Shown: positions 24,918 to 25,220 of the stretch, one piece after another
Layout: every line of letters begins with the position of its first letter
How positions within the stretch are numbered: position 1 is the stretch's first letter
Source: a virus
Taxonomy: Duplodnaviria > Caudoviricetes
Direction: 5' to 3' (one strand)
DNA: 25,220 bases
Virus record (IMG/VR): IMGVR_UViG_3300027672_000082
Coordinates: 1-25,220 of that record
Position numbers and translations under genes: made by a program
The notes under the pieces: generated by a model
The model's database searches: none
What the model was told of the DNA's origin: nothing
The model's input: only the letters and a program-made list of their open reading frames with translations

Positions 24918-25038
24918 TGACCAACAGACAGAAGGCCATGAAGATACAATAGCAACGATTAGAACAGTCATAGTAGGCACACATTTATTTTGTGCTCTAC
25001 TTTTTATAACAAACATACTAGTGGGATGGATTGCATGA
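24865..25038 (+). CDS. Small membrane protein (WKVWKHALG...IRT type)
   Basis: Same architecture as 24550-24726. Confidence 0.6.
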   Translation: MKQTKGWKVWKHALGSYSDQQTEGHEDTIATIRTVIVGTHLFCALLFITNILVGWIA

Positions 25039-25220
25039 AAATATACATAGGTAAGTTTCCTATATTTGGAACACTGACTTCTATACTAACTCGTTTGGTT
25101 TGGAGAAACAAGGCGCACGAGCCTGTTCGATACATTAAAATAGATGAACAAGATACTTGGTCTATGGACGTTACATTGGCACATATTGTTTACCCACTAC
25201 TTTTACAACTGCGACTTAAT
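25035..25220 (+). CDS. Conserved phage hypothetical protein (partial)
   Basis: ATGA-coupled; MKIYIGKFP...IKIDEQDTWSMDVTLAHIVYPLLLQL, open to the window edge. Confidence 0.65.
   Translation, partial: MKIYIGKFPIFGTLTSILTRLVWRNKAHEPVRYIKIDEQDTWSMDVTLAHIVYPLLLQLRLN

Overview
This is a 25 kb piece of a lytic T5-like (Demerecviridae-like) phage genome, probably from a marine gammaproteobacterial host (inferred from gene content). Most of the window (363-23229, minus strand) is a T5-type replication module in T5 gene order: D2, D3, PC4-like, split NAD-dependent ligase A/B, D5, DnaB-like helicase, primase, family A polymerase, D10 helicase, D11, D12/D13 (SbcD/SbcC), D14 and D15 flap endonuclease. 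A class II ribonucleotide reductase follows D15. Upstream lie a glutaredoxin, a lysozyme/i-spanin/o-spanin lysis cassette, a DenV-like glycosylase and a DUF3310 gene. Notable inserts are an iscA-iscU Fe-S assembly pair between D2 and a D3 with an unusual Cys-rich tail, a CoiA-like nuclease between D11 and D12, an unannotated basic NPVAK peptide, and ribosomal protein bS21 in a divergent plus-strand operon that starts with a probably leaderless HTH gene. Ten near-consensus sigma70 promoters sharing an extended (TAG)TTCTTGACA motif punctuate the window. I saw no tRNA, CRISPR array, intron or intein. All family calls come from motif recognition, not database searches.
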